IMG/VR virus record: IMGVR_UViG_3300030061_003170
Strand: one strand, 5' to 3'
DNA length: 64,000 bases
Source: a virus
Shown: one piece after another, positions 1-8,084 of the stretch
How the letters are laid out: each line of letters opens with the position of its first letter
Numbering within the stretch: the first letter of the stretch is position 1
Translations under genes and position numbers: made by a program
Notes under the pieces: model-generated
Told to the model about the DNA's origin: nothing
What the model saw: the letters and a program-made list of their open reading frames with translations, nothing else
Database searches by the model: none

Positions 1-160
1 CGTGTAGTTGCTGTATTTTTGGTATGTCGCGTGTTTGCATAACATAGTTGAATGCTTTCACAAAAGCCTCTCTACCCTCGAACGATAGGGTGTCTGTATC
101 AACAGACCGTAGGTAACTAATCAAAACGTCCAGTTGACCTTGGGTTATTGCTTGGCTCAT
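1..160 (-). CDS. hypothetical protein, 3'-truncated by the window edge (MSQAITQGQLDVLISYL...)
   Basis: ATG at 160 overlaps the stop of the 157..471 gene; frame stays open to base 1 (read by eye). Confidence 0.55.
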   Translation of the reverse strand, partial: MSQAITQGQLDVLISYLRSVDTDTLSFEGREAFVKAFNYVMQTRDIPKIQQLH

Positions 161-471
161 TGGCCCCCCAACAGTTGACCAACGCGGGCCTGTGCTGGGT
201 GCATAACACACTTGCTTGGAAGTTTTCGCTTTATCATCCCAACGTGCTTGGACGTGGTGCTTGAGATATATTCGCCCGAAGCGGTGAAGTCGAACACCAA
301 GAAGCCGCAACCCTCATCATATCGAGCGATGAGTTGGTTGTAAGACCGCAAGAACCCTCGCGGGGGGAGTGTGCCCATCTGTGGGTAGTGGGTAGAAGTC
401 AGGCTCAAACCATAGGCATCACGGCCATCAAGGAATGCTTTGATTACTTCTGCGTTTGTTGCTCTAGCCAT
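157..471 (-). CDS. hypothetical phage early protein (104 aa)
   Basis: SD GGAGG upstream; directly downstream of promoter module 521-549. Confidence 0.8.
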   Translation of the reverse strand: MARATNAEVIKAFLDGRDAYGLSLTSTHYPQMGTLPPRGFLRSYNQLIARYDEGCGFLVFDFTASGEYISSTTSKHVGMIKRKLPSKCVMHPAQARVGQLLGGQ

Positions 472-520
472 TGTGTCCTCCTAGGACTGTTGTGTTGTTG
501 TTGTTGTTGATTATGTTCAT

Positions 521-549
521 AATGTAACAAGGTGGTTCTAACTTGTCAA
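521..549 (-). promoter_or_regulatory. sigma70-type early promoter TTGACA-17-TACATT followed by a CAA-rich leader
   Basis: minus strand TTGACAagttagaaccaccttgtTACATT; member of a motif repeated more than 25 times in the window. Confidence 0.75.
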
Positions 550-577
550 GGAAAATGGTAAACTTTTTTTTTGTTTT

Positions 578-775
578 TTAGTTGGCTCCGGGTATCTCGC
601 GATAGTCAAGAAAGGTATCAGATGCTGGTATTGAGAAAGGCCCGTCTGGTCCGACAAACTTTGCAAGTCTCCAATCCACCCCTCTCCGTCGAGTGTTCTG
701 GTATCCCCTAAACATCGCAACTATCCATTTCTTGTCTTTCTTTACGGCATACAGATTTCCCTCTACTAACCCCAT
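578..775 (-). CDS. small hypothetical protein
   Basis: overlaps the stop of the upstream gene; coding-strand ORF. Confidence 0.65.
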   Translation of the reverse strand: MGLVEGNLYAVKKDKKWIVAMFRGYQNTRRRGVDWRLAKFVGPDGPFSIPASDTFLDYREIPGAN

Positions 776-1143
776 CCTTTCGTCTCTCTAATCATTTTTG
801 CTATCTCCTGTCTGTTTGGACCATTTGTCACTTGTTGAGTATCAGCAAGCAAGAAGTCCGGAAACTCCGAAAGTCTCTCGACTAAACCGATCAGTCTACT
901 CTTGCAATCAATCATACGTCCCCCAGCCCATCGGGGCATTATGGTTGCTATGCTCTTACCAGTAAGTAGATGGGTTGCCACATATCCCCTAGTGTTCGGG
1001 GCATTGTCAATAATCCATTTCTCCCCTCTCTGTTTCATTCTGCGGTGAATGGCGAACGGATAGACAATCTTGCACCGTAAAGGCACTGTAACAGTCTTGT
1101 CGCCTGTCACTAGCATCGTAATGTTGTGGATGGGTGCTGGCAT
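766..1143 (-). CDS. hypothetical protein
   Basis: 125-aa ORF with GGAG SD. Confidence 0.7.
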   Translation of the reverse strand: MPAPIHNITMLVTGDKTVTVPLRCKIVYPFAIHRRMKQRGEKWIIDNAPNTRGYVATHLLTGKSIATIMPRWAGGRMIDCKSRLIGLVERLSEFPDFLLADTQQVTNGPNRQEIAKMIRETKGWG

Positions 1144-1200
1144 AATCGCTCCATATATGCGTTCTAACGTATGGGTAGGTGGGTACTAGGGTGTTACCCC

Positions 1201-2418
1201 CTAGTCGATTGCAATCACGCGTTCACGGGTCTGGAAGTATTGTCGCTGGATGCATTCTGGTGTGGTCATCCACATACGCTGGCACTTTGACGGAACAGGC
1301 TTTGGGGCCTCCATGTCTGTAAGTACGATGTGACCGTCAAACTGTCGCTCATTGACCCAACGAGTAGGAGCATTGAAGTCGGTCCCACCGAAAGATACAC
1401 GCTCCCAAGACCTGCGCTTGCCCTTTTTCCAAACAAAAACCTCTGCTTCCTGTACCTCGGTATCAAAGGGAATAACGGTAAACTCGGCATACTTGGCTAG
1501 ACCCTCCAGTTCAGAGAAGAATGAAGCCAACATAGTATCCGAGACAGAGCCGGACTGGTCGATGCTGATAGCAATCTTAGCGGTCCGGGTAACTCTCTTG
1601 CCGGCATGGATGTACGGAAAACGCTTGTTGATGCGACGAACGGTTGACCGCTTACTAGCACGCTGCGATGTTTTGATGAAGTAACGAAGCACAGACCGCC
1701 AGTTTACGCGAGGGGTAATCATTTCTTGTATCTGCTTTCGACAGGCTGCCGACACAGTACCCCAACCGCGACCACCAGCATTGACTTCCTCGCTGGCCTT
1801 ACGGACGGCATCCTTGAGACGTTCCTCAGCCAGAGCACGAGTCTCTTGGTCAACCTCGCCCCAGCCTGAGTGATCATCAAGGCTATCAGGCAGGCCACCA
1901 CCGCCTTGGCCATCGCCCGGTTCACCGTCGCCATCACCTTGACCTTGGCCGTCGCCATCACCATCATCGGGCTTGAACTGATCGTCATTCTGAAGTTTTG
2001 AGAAATACCATTCTGCCGACTGTTCTGCCGGGTATTCTTCGAACGGTGCAACACCGGGGATACACCCGCCCTCTGGTAGTTCCTCGGCAATGAAACTGTT
2101 GATAGCAAGGTCAGTCGCTACGTTCCACATTTTAGACATACCCTCGGTAGGTAGGCGACCAGTGACGTGCTGAAAAATCAAGTGATAAAACTCGTGCTTG
2201 AGAACACCGCGTTGTTGCACTGGAGTGAGATCCTCGAAGAACGCGGGATTGTACACCATTTCAAACTGACCAGTGTTCTTGTTGATCTTGACACCAGCAG
2301 TTGGAATAGCAGTAGTTGATGACTTGTGGATGCGACGAGAGAGTGCAGCGAAGAATGGTTCATTCTGTAGCAGTTGCCACGTCACTTTGTTCAAGTCAAA
2401 TGGTTGGTTGGTAGTCAT
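1201..2418 (-). CDS. DUF2201-type putative metallopeptidase plus VWA-domain protein
   Basis: HExxH (LKHEFYH), WNVATDLAIN, Gly/Asp-rich linker, MIDAS DQSGS, GGTDF, LTD; adjacent to a MoxR-like ATPase. Confidence 0.9.
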   Translation of the reverse strand: MTTNQPFDLNKVTWQLLQNEPFFAALSRRIHKSSTTAIPTAGVKINKNTGQFEMVYNPAFFEDLTPVQQRGVLKHEFYHLIFQHVTGRLPTEGMSKMWNVATDLAINSFIAEELPEGGCIPGVAPFEEYPAEQSAEWYFSKLQNDDQFKPDDGDGDGQGQGDGDGEPGDGQGGGGLPDSLDDHSGWGEVDQETRALAEERLKDAVRKASEEVNAGGRGWGTVSAACRKQIQEMITPRVNWRSVLRYFIKTSQRASKRSTVRRINKRFPYIHAGKRVTRTAKIAISIDQSGSVSDTMLASFFSELEGLAKYAEFTVIPFDTEVQEAEVFVWKKGKRRSWERVSFGGTDFNAPTRWVNERQFDGHIVLTDMEAPKPVPSKCQRMWMTTPECIQRQYFQTRERVIAID

Positions 2419-2450
2419 TCAGACCTCCAATGTTTGATGGTTACACAAGT

Positions 2451-2478
2451 AATGTATCACGCTGCTGTGATTTGTCAA
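2451..2478 (-). promoter_or_regulatory. early promoter module TTGACA-16-TACATT (TGn extended -10)
   Basis: minus strand TTGACAaatcacagcagcgTGaTACATT. Confidence 0.75.
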
Positions 2479-2510
2479 GTAAAATGGCAAAGAAAAATGA
2501 ATAAAAGTGA

Positions 2511-2535
2511 ATGACCCCGGACTAGCCGGGGTCAT
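2511..2535 (-). terminator. rho-independent terminator
   Basis: 10-bp stem atgaccccgg/ccggggtcat followed by a U-rich tract on the minus strand, just after the ATPase stop. Confidence 0.75.
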
Positions 2536-2542
2536 CAGCCAC

Positions 2543-3604
2543 TTACTTCTTGGTGGCTAACACTTCCATCATGAACTCCTTGACAGTCGGCAGGTCAGGA
2601 CCGAGATCAACTTTGTGGATACCACCGGCATTCTCGATAGCCTTTTCGCCACTGGTGATGTGCTTCCACAGGTTCATCGCTAACTCAGATGGCAACTGGA
2701 CCATGTACGTGGCAATGTTGACACGTTGGTTCTCGTCTAGTTCGGCATCGAAGCACTTTTGCTGTACCATACTCTCGATAAGAGCGTTGTGGTCGTTGAT
2801 CTTGAAGTCAACAACAAGGTCGTGCTTGCCGTCATCAATGATGTCCTCTGGGGTAACGATGGCCTTGTAGTTATCAACAAAGTCACGGAGAGCAACGGCA
2901 GCCTCGAAGCCGACAAAAGAACTGGCAACGTGGTACAGAGTTGGGGTCGCTTCGATTTTGCCGAGACCAGCGAGGGCCTTGTCCAATCGCTCCCAAGAAC
3001 GACGAGACGGATAGACCTTGTTAGGCTCGTAATCATCGGTGTGCTCAAGGTGCTGGTGATTGTTGTTGATGAAGTCCCAAACAACTTGCGATACACGACC
3101 ATCAGCCCAAGAGAGCCAGTCCTCGATAGTAGGGGACACGTCGAACACGGTGTAACGGTCTAGTTCAGCAGGGTCCATTTCACCAACCTGATACTGAGCA
3201 CCGTGTTCACCACCATTGACGGCAGCGAAGATAAGGGTGTCGGGGTGCAGTCTCTGACCAGCAATCTTGCGACTGTCGCACAACTCGAAGATACCTTGAC
3301 GTACCTCCATCGTAGCACGGTCAACCTCATCCAAGAACAGGATGACCGCTTCGTTGCAAGCGGTGGCAAGCCATTCTGGTGGTAGCCAAGTAGTGACATT
3401 GCCCTCGACCTTGGGCAGACCAAGCAAGTCACCCTCAGTCATCTGAGAAGCACGTCGTTCTACGACAGGGAGATCACGCTCTTCAGCATACTGATAGACG
3501 ATGGTAGACTTACCGATACCGTGACGGCCACGGATAAGTACAGGGTAGCGTGCATCAGTGATGACAGGCAGGACATTGAGCATAGTTTTGAAGTCGATTG
3601 ACAT
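2543..3604 (-). CDS. MoxR-like/AAA_5 ATPase
   Basis: Walker A GRHGIGKS, Walker B LFLDEVDR, FAAVN, DPAELDR, PSRRSW motifs. Confidence 0.9.
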   Translation of the reverse strand: MSIDFKTMLNVLPVITDARYPVLIRGRHGIGKSTIVYQYAEERDLPVVERRASQMTEGDLLGLPKVEGNVTTWLPPEWLATACNEAVILFLDEVDRATMEVRQGIFELCDSRKIAGQRLHPDTLIFAAVNGGEHGAQYQVGEMDPAELDRYTVFDVSPTIEDWLSWADGRVSQVVWDFINNNHQHLEHTDDYEPNKVYPSRRSWERLDKALAGLGKIEATPTLYHVASSFVGFEAAVALRDFVDNYKAIVTPEDIIDDGKHDLVVDFKINDHNALIESMVQQKCFDAELDENQRVNIATYMVQLPSELAMNLWKHITSGEKAIENAGGIHKVDLGPDLPTVKEFMMEVLATKK

Positions 3605-3647
3605 AAGTAACCTCGCGGTTTTGGGTTGTTGTTTAGATTGTGTCTAT

Positions 3648-3676
3648 ATTATAACTAGTTTGAAAAGGTTTGTCAA
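3648..3676 (-). promoter_or_regulatory. perfect-consensus sigma70 promoter TTGACA-17-TATAAT
   Basis: plus strand attata(3648)...tgtcaa(3676) upstream of the ATPase. Confidence 0.85.
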
Positions 3677-3696
3677 GGAAAAAGATAAACTTTTTT

Positions 3697-3837
3697 TCAA
3701 GGTCTAACTTTCTTTCGGCAGGCTCGACGACTGCTTTCCTTGCGCTTGTCCTTGTGCCTACCAGCACCGGATCGTTGAAAGGCAGCAACAGCAACAAGGT
3801 TCCTGTTCTTCAGTGTTTTTGTCTTTTTCTTTTTCAT
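3697..3837 (-). CDS. 46-aa highly basic peptide (MKKKKTKTLKNRNLVAVAAFQRSGAGRHKDKRKESSRRACRKKVRP)
   Basis: not in ORF track; SD GGAGG; has its own promoter at 3860-3887. Confidence 0.75.
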   Translation of the reverse strand: MKKKKTKTLKNRNLVAVAAFQRSGAGRHKDKRKESSRRACRKKVRP

Positions 3838-3859
3838 TGTTCCCTCCGTTGATGTTAGT

Positions 3860-3887
3860 AATGTATCACGGTATTTAGATTTGTCAA
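3860..3887 (-). promoter_or_regulatory. early promoter module
   Basis: TTGACA-16-TACATT. Confidence 0.75.
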
Positions 3888-3912
3888 GGAAAAAGATAAA
3901 GTTTTTTTGAGA

Positions 3913-4110
3913 TTATGCTATGACTTCGAGCGAACGGATGTTTACCCAAGTGCAAAGTGCTCCAGTTGGGCGGTTGAGCCATCTTACCTTTGCTTGCACA
4001 CAGGTTGTATCGACAACTAGGGCTAAGTATTGTCTATCAGTAAATCCATTCCTATCCACCCAACCGTATCTTACAAGATCCCCGACCCTTATCAAGTCGC
4101 CTATTTGCAT
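3913..4110 (-). CDS. GDLV-family KOW/SH3-like cassette protein
   Basis: MQIGDLIRVGDLV...LEVIA. Confidence 0.85.
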   Translation of the reverse strand: MQIGDLIRVGDLVRYGWVDRNGFTDRQYLALVVDTTCVQAKVRWLNRPTGALCTWVNIRSLEVIA

Positions 4111-4277
4111 ACTACCTCCAAGTCACGATTATCAGCCCCCCATCGCTGGCCAGTATCAATATAAGAGATCAGCCAATCGAATGAAGTTCCAATGGTTGTA
4201 ACATAATCCTTAGCAAGGATAATCGCTATTCTTCTTTTGCTGATTGAGCGATCAATAACTAAATCACCTACTTGCAT
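4101..4277 (-). CDS. GDLV-family cassette protein (58 aa, not in ORF track)
   Basis: MQVGDLVIDRSISKRRIAIILAKDYVTTIGTSFDWLISYIDTGQRWGADNRDLEVVCK. Confidence 0.85.
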   Translation of the reverse strand: MQVGDLVIDRSISKRRIAIILAKDYVTTIGTSFDWLISYIDTGQRWGADNRDLEVVCK

Positions 4278-4447
4278 ATCTTCTCCAGTTGTTCAGGGTA
4301 TTTCCAGTTTGAACAATCTCCAACTAACCAACGAACTTTCAAGACAAGCGCGAGGTGGTCATTGAAACTTGTCTCTGTAATAATCCCGATGACAAGGGGT
4401 GTATTGTCACGATAGGTTATGTTTCTTACTAAATCGCCTACTTGCAT
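4268..4447 (-). CDS. GDLV-family cassette protein (59 aa, not in ORF track)
   Basis: MQVGDLVRNITYRDNTPLVIGIITE...VRWLVG...LEKICK. Confidence 0.85.
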   Translation of the reverse strand: MQVGDLVRNITYRDNTPLVIGIITETSFNDHLALVLKVRWLVGDCSNWKYPEQLEKICK

Positions 4448-4475
4448 TGTGTCTCCTTGTTTGTGTTACATAGGT

Positions 4476-4503
4476 AGTGTATCACGGTAGTAGGATTTGT
4501 CAA
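4476..4503 (-). promoter_or_regulatory. early promoter module
   Basis: TTGACA-16-TACACT. Confidence 0.7.
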
Positions 4504-4529
4504 GAAAAAAGATAAAGTTTTTTTTGAGA

Positions 4530-4700
4530 TTATGCTACGACTTCGATTGCTTCGAAGTATACCCAACTTGAAAAAGTATCACCAGACGGAGAAGTGAACC
4601 AGTGAACATTAGCCTGAACACAGGTCGTATCAAGTACAAGGCCCAAGCGAGCAACAAAGTTAGGGTCAGGTCTGAGTGTTACTAAATCGCCTACTTGCAT
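4530..4700 (-). CDS. GDLV-family cassette protein
   Basis: start moved to MQVGDLVTLRPD in the junction repeat; ends IEVVA. Confidence 0.85.
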   Translation of the reverse strand: MQVGDLVTLRPDPNFVARLGLVLDTTCVQANVHWFTSPSGDTFSSWVYFEAIEVVA

Positions 4701-4906
4701 ACTAACTCCAACTCGTGCCATACGAACCATTCAAGGTTCTCTCCATCTATGTGTATCTTGAACAGTGTGCAGGGGGTCGGCTCTATGTGGTCATCCTTGG
4801 CCTCAATGATAATACCTATCTTGCCCTTGTAATGCTTTGCGTTGCTGGGGCCGAGAACGTAGGGCAAACGCTCTTCGTTGAACTTTACTAATGAACCTAC
4901 ATTCAT
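4691..4906 (-). CDS. GDLV-family cassette protein
   Basis: MNVGSLVKF...GKIGIII...LELVCK. Confidence 0.85.
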   Translation of the reverse strand: MNVGSLVKFNEERLPYVLGPSNAKHYKGKIGIIIEAKDDHIEPTPCTLFKIHIDGENLEWFVWHELELVCK

Positions 4907-5079
4907 ACTACCTCCAAATAACGGCTATCTACGCCCAGTATGTCTCCGGTCACGAAGTAGAAAACACCCCAGTCAAACGGGGTTCCAATGTCTGTATAGA
5001 ACCCATTAGTGACAATCATCCCGATTGCTTGATTGTTATTACCTAATGAACGGTCAATAACTAAATCTCCTACTTGCAT
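4903..5079 (-). CDS. GDLV-family cassette protein (58 aa, not in ORF track)
   Basis: MQVGDLVIDRSLGNNNQAIGMIV...IGTPFDWGVFYFVTG...LEVV. Confidence 0.85.
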   Translation of the reverse strand: MQVGDLVIDRSLGNNNQAIGMIVTNGFYTDIGTPFDWGVFYFVTGDILGVDSRYLEVV

Positions 5080-5255
5080 ATTACCTCCAGATCACCTGTG
5101 TGTTCCCATGCCCTCAGTGATGCCACACCCAGTCCGTTAGGACAGAACCAATGGACCAAAACGCATCCGTTGTCTCTTTGTCCTTGTTCTAGGATAATAC
5201 CAATGCTGTACCCTCTCCCGCTAGGGCTTATCTGTACTAAATCACCTACTTGCAT
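5070..5255 (-). CDS. GDLV-family cassette protein
   Basis: MQVGDLVQI...IGIIL...VHWF...LEVICK. Confidence 0.85.
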   Translation of the reverse strand: MQVGDLVQISPSGRGYSIGIILEQGQRDNGCVLVHWFCPNGLGVASLRAWEHTGDLEVICK

Positions 5256-5422
5256 ATTACCTCCAAGTCATTGGGTTGTTTCCAGTGTTTCATTCCGTTG
5301 CTGTACTGGACAAGGATGGGTGCGCCACCGACACGAGTGTTATCAATCACTATTCCAACCCAGTCTATCTTCATACCATCTGGGTATTCCTTCCTGTATC
5401 TTACCAGACTTCCTACTTCCAT
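5246..5422 (-). CDS. GDLV-family cassette protein (58 aa, not in ORF track)
   Basis: MEVGSLVRYRKEYPDGMKIDWVGIVID...LEVICK. Confidence 0.85.
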   Translation of the reverse strand: MEVGSLVRYRKEYPDGMKIDWVGIVIDNTRVGGAPILVQYSNGMKHWKQPNDLEVICK

Positions 5423-5453
5423 TATTGTCTCCGTTCTTGTTGGTTACATAGGT

Positions 5454-5481
5454 AATGTATCACGGTAGGAGTATTTGTCAA
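5454..5481 (-). promoter_or_regulatory. early promoter module
   Basis: TTGACA-16-TACATT; about 55 bp near-identical to 9654-9708. Confidence 0.75.
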
Positions 5482-5482
5482 G

Positions 5483-5716
5483 TCAAAAGGCAAAGTTTTT
5501 TTCTTTTTTTTCAATGACCTCGAAGTCTTCGGCTTCCTCTTCCCATTGTTCTCCGTTGCACCACTGAATGAGATACTGACGGATGCCGATGAGAGAACAA
5601 TCACTTCCGTCATCCTCGGCAGGGTCGCGATAGTCCATCACAATGCCGATAAGTTTAGTGTTAGGGGTCCAGACCTCTCTTAGTTTTACTAGGTCGCCAA
5701 TCTCAATGTTATCCAT
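5483..5716 (-). CDS. GDLV-family cassette protein
   Basis: MDNIEIGDLVKL...IGIVM...IQWCNG...FEVIE. Confidence 0.85.
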   Translation of the reverse strand: MDNIEIGDLVKLREVWTPNTKLIGIVMDYRDPAEDDGSDCSLIGIRQYLIQWCNGEQWEEEAEDFEVIEKKEKNFAF

Positions 5717-5897
5717 CAATCACCTCCACATTCTTTTGTCGAACAAAACCCATTGAATGGTCGTTCCAGTAGATTTTGCACATTTGATACCTCTTTTCTG
5801 CCCAGTTCTGACCGAGCGTTTCAGTCCACATTTTTACTACGACACCTATCATTTCGGGACGGCCAGCCCTGTATTTTACTAAATCTCCTACTTGCAT
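5709..5897 (-). CDS. GDLV-family cassette protein
   Basis: MQVGDLVKYR...IGVVV...VEVIDG. Confidence 0.85.
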   Translation of the reverse strand: MQVGDLVKYRAGRPEMIGVVVKMWTETLGQNWAEKRYQMCKIYWNDHSMGFVRQKNVEVIDG

Positions 5898-6106
5898 AAT
5901 AACTCCAGCCATTCAGGTTCGTAGTGACATTCATTGCCGTTAGCCCATTGCACATTGACATACTCGTGGTCGCGGACACCATTGGGATGGTTCACTTGTC
6001 GCCCCCATTTCTTGGTCACGATACCGATGAGTTTTAGACCATCCTTGCCCTTGATGTACCCAGCCGATGAGGGCAGCATCACTAAATCTCCGACTTCTAT
6101 CTTCAT
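5888..6106 (-). CDS. GDLV-family cassette protein
   Basis: MKIEVGDLVML...IGIVT...VQWANG...LELLCK. Confidence 0.85.
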   Translation of the reverse strand: MKIEVGDLVMLPSSAGYIKGKDGLKLIGIVTKKWGRQVNHPNGVRDHEYVNVQWANGNECHYEPEWLELLCK

Positions 6107-6111
6107 TGTGT

Positions 6112-6378
6112 CTATCTCCATGTTTCACCTGTGCTAATGTTGGTTAGTGGAAAACCACCAGAGTTATGTTGTCTCCAACCACCGACGTGCTTAGGGCTGA
6201 GATAGATGTGTCTCGTATGGAAGTCGCTCACGTCTGGGTGTGGGGTAGGTATGTACAAGACCACGATAGCAAAGTCGGGCATCTGTGCCGTCAGTATCTC
6301 TTGCACAATACCAAACTCTTCCTCTGGTCCAAATGTGCATAGGTCAGAGACAGTAAATGGGATTGAATAATCAGTCAT
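6112..6378 (-). CDS. hypothetical protein, possibly a divergent GDLV-family member
   Basis: FTVSDLC...FGIVQEI; SD GGAG; first gene after promoter 6406-6433. Confidence 0.7.
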   Translation of the reverse strand: MTDYSIPFTVSDLCTFGPEEEFGIVQEILTAQMPDFAIVVLYIPTPHPDVSDFHTRHIYLSPKHVGGWRQHNSGGFPLTNISTGETWR

Positions 6379-6405
6379 TGTTTCTCCGTTGTTGGTTACA
6401 TTCAT

Positions 6406-6433
6406 AATGTATCACGGTTGAAAGATTTGTCAA
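6406..6433 (-). promoter_or_regulatory. early promoter module
   Basis: TTGACA-16-TACATT. Confidence 0.75.
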
Positions 6434-6441
6434 GGATTTTC

Positions 6442-6651
6442 TCAAACTTTTTTTATCTCGTACCTCTTCATCCTGAGTGTATCACCACTGGAGTACAATC
6501 CGACAATATTGAACCAGCGAATGTTTATTGGGTATTTCACCTCTGGTCGTTCACTGATTTCAACGATAACCCCCATCTTCCCACGAACTAAGTCGTTGCC
6601 TTTGTTCTTGTTGCCGGCTGCCGATAGTGTTACTAAATCGCCTACTTGCAT
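6442..6651 (-). CDS. GDLV-family cassette protein
   Basis: MQVGDLVTL...GKMGVIVEI...IRWF. Confidence 0.85.
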   Translation of the reverse strand: MQVGDLVTLSAAGNKNKGNDLVRGKMGVIVEISERPEVKYPINIRWFNIVGLYSSGDTLRMKRYEIKKV

Positions 6652-6794
6652 ATTACCTCCACGTTTCGCACCAGTACCCAAAATACAACACCATCACTCC
6701 AGCGCACCCCAACTCTATTGCCCAGCAGGCCAGTCTCTGTGATGATACCTATTCTGTTCATAATCTTATCCCTGACCAGTGATCCTATTTCCAT
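6642..6794 (-). CDS. GDLV-family cassette protein (50 aa, not in ORF track)
   Basis: MEIGSLVRDKIMNRIGIITETG...VRWSDG...VEVICK. Confidence 0.85.
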   Translation of the reverse strand: MEIGSLVRDKIMNRIGIITETGLLGNRVGVRWSDGVVFWVLVRNVEVICK

Positions 6795-6803
6795 GCAGAC
6801 CTC

Positions 6804-7562
6804 CTACTTTACGAGTTTTATGTCACTTTCACAGACCCAAGTCTCATCAGATTGACCTGCACTAAATGCCACAATCTTGTACAGACGGGTGCTGCCTTTA
6901 GATTTGTGCATCTGGCGGCAGGCAAACGTAGCGTTTAGAACCTCGGCAACTAGGGCTGTCTTGTAAGGCTTTGCAACTTTACGGTCTTGATAGCCGTGCA
7001 GACCGTTACGAAACTCATCGTGACTGTAACTGATAATGCGCCAAGACGAGAATGTGGGAGCAGTTCCTCGTATGGACACTAGGTCACCTACCCCATACAG
7101 GGGGGTAGAGTTGAAGCAGGCCCACAGTTTATCACGCAGTTTGCTACCCTCCAATCTCTCAAGGCGCGGCATGTGGAGATCAATGTCATGACCTTTACGA
7201 TACATCCCTAACTGCCGTCGTAACTCCACCGCGCAGTTTCTGTACCATTGAATGTGGCCCTCGTTTGGGACACTACGTCGCGACACATAGAACAAGGTCA
7301 AAAAGTCAATCCATTTGAGAAACTGCTCGTCTTTAGCATCCCACAATGCTTGCCATTCGTTACGCTTTCTTACCTGCTCCTCGTACATTTCAACAGGGAA
7401 TGCTTCGATTTGCTCCTGACACCATTCAATCTGCCGAGAACTGATTTGTCCTTTCTCAAGGTACTGGTCAGCGATGCTTCGTAAAACGTGCGCCTTACTT
7501 GCTTTGCCAAGGCCCTCGCAAATGTCAGCAGTTTTTCTGATTTGTCCGATTGTGATAGTCAT
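6804..7562 (-). CDS. 252-aa protein with helical N-terminus and C-terminal GDLV-family domain
   Basis: internal YGVGDLVSIRG...ALVAEV...YKIV...WVCESDIKLVK. Confidence 0.8.
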   Translation of the reverse strand: MTITIGQIRKTADICEGLGKASKAHVLRSIADQYLEKGQISSRQIEWCQEQIEAFPVEMYEEQVRKRNEWQALWDAKDEQFLKWIDFLTLFYVSRRSVPNEGHIQWYRNCAVELRRQLGMYRKGHDIDLHMPRLERLEGSKLRDKLWACFNSTPLYGVGDLVSIRGTAPTFSSWRIISYSHDEFRNGLHGYQDRKVAKPYKTALVAEVLNATFACRQMHKSKGSTRLYKIVAFSAGQSDETWVCESDIKLVK

Positions 7563-7592
7563 TTGACCTCCATCTTTCTTGGTTGTGTTTGT

Positions 7593-7620
7593 AATGTATC
7601 ACGCTGCTGACATTTGTCAA
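7593..7620 (-). promoter_or_regulatory. early promoter module
   Basis: TTGACA-16-TACATT. Confidence 0.75.
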
Positions 7621-7636
7621 GGAAAAAGATAAAGTT

Positions 7637-7858
7637 TTAGAGAAAATCTTTGTGGAATGCGAGCAGAACGCTGTCAGGATCACGGAATGACCACATCCCT
7701 AACACGATTGTGTCGCCTGTGCGGTTGCACTTTATCTCAAAGTTATCGCCAATGACGACATTGTAGGTGAAGTTATCAGGACAATGATCGTAGATGTGAT
7801 TGAGTATGTCTATGGCTTCCTCAGTGGTTGCTCGGTATGGTTTTAGTTTACTAGTCAT
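7637..7858 (-). CDS. hypothetical protein
   Basis: start MTSKLK with GGAG SD. Confidence 0.7.
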   Translation of the reverse strand: MTSKLKPYRATTEEAIDILNHIYDHCPDNFTYNVVIGDNFEIKCNRTGDTIVLGMWSFRDPDSVLLAFHKDFL

Positions 7859-8084
7859 TTGTACTCTCCTCGTTGTTAGTGGTTTCAGGGCGACCAAACC
7901 CTATTGGTGTTCTATCTTCTTTGTTTGGTTTTTTTGATGGTGGTGGACCAGCCAAGGCTCCAAGCATCGCTGCTGGTATTCCCATCGGTGCTGGTTGATT
8001 GAGGGTAACCATCATACCCATTACTTTCTTTAGCAGGTCATCACTTAGATTGATGCTAATGTTGATTTCGTTATTTGCTTCCAT
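7851..8084 (-). CDS. hypothetical protein
   Basis: start MEANNE with GGAGG SD; ends in a PIGF motif. Confidence 0.7.
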   Translation of the reverse strand: MEANNEINISINLSDDLLKKVMGMMVTLNQPAPMGIPAAMLGALAGPPPSKKPNKEDRTPIGFGRPETTNNEESTND

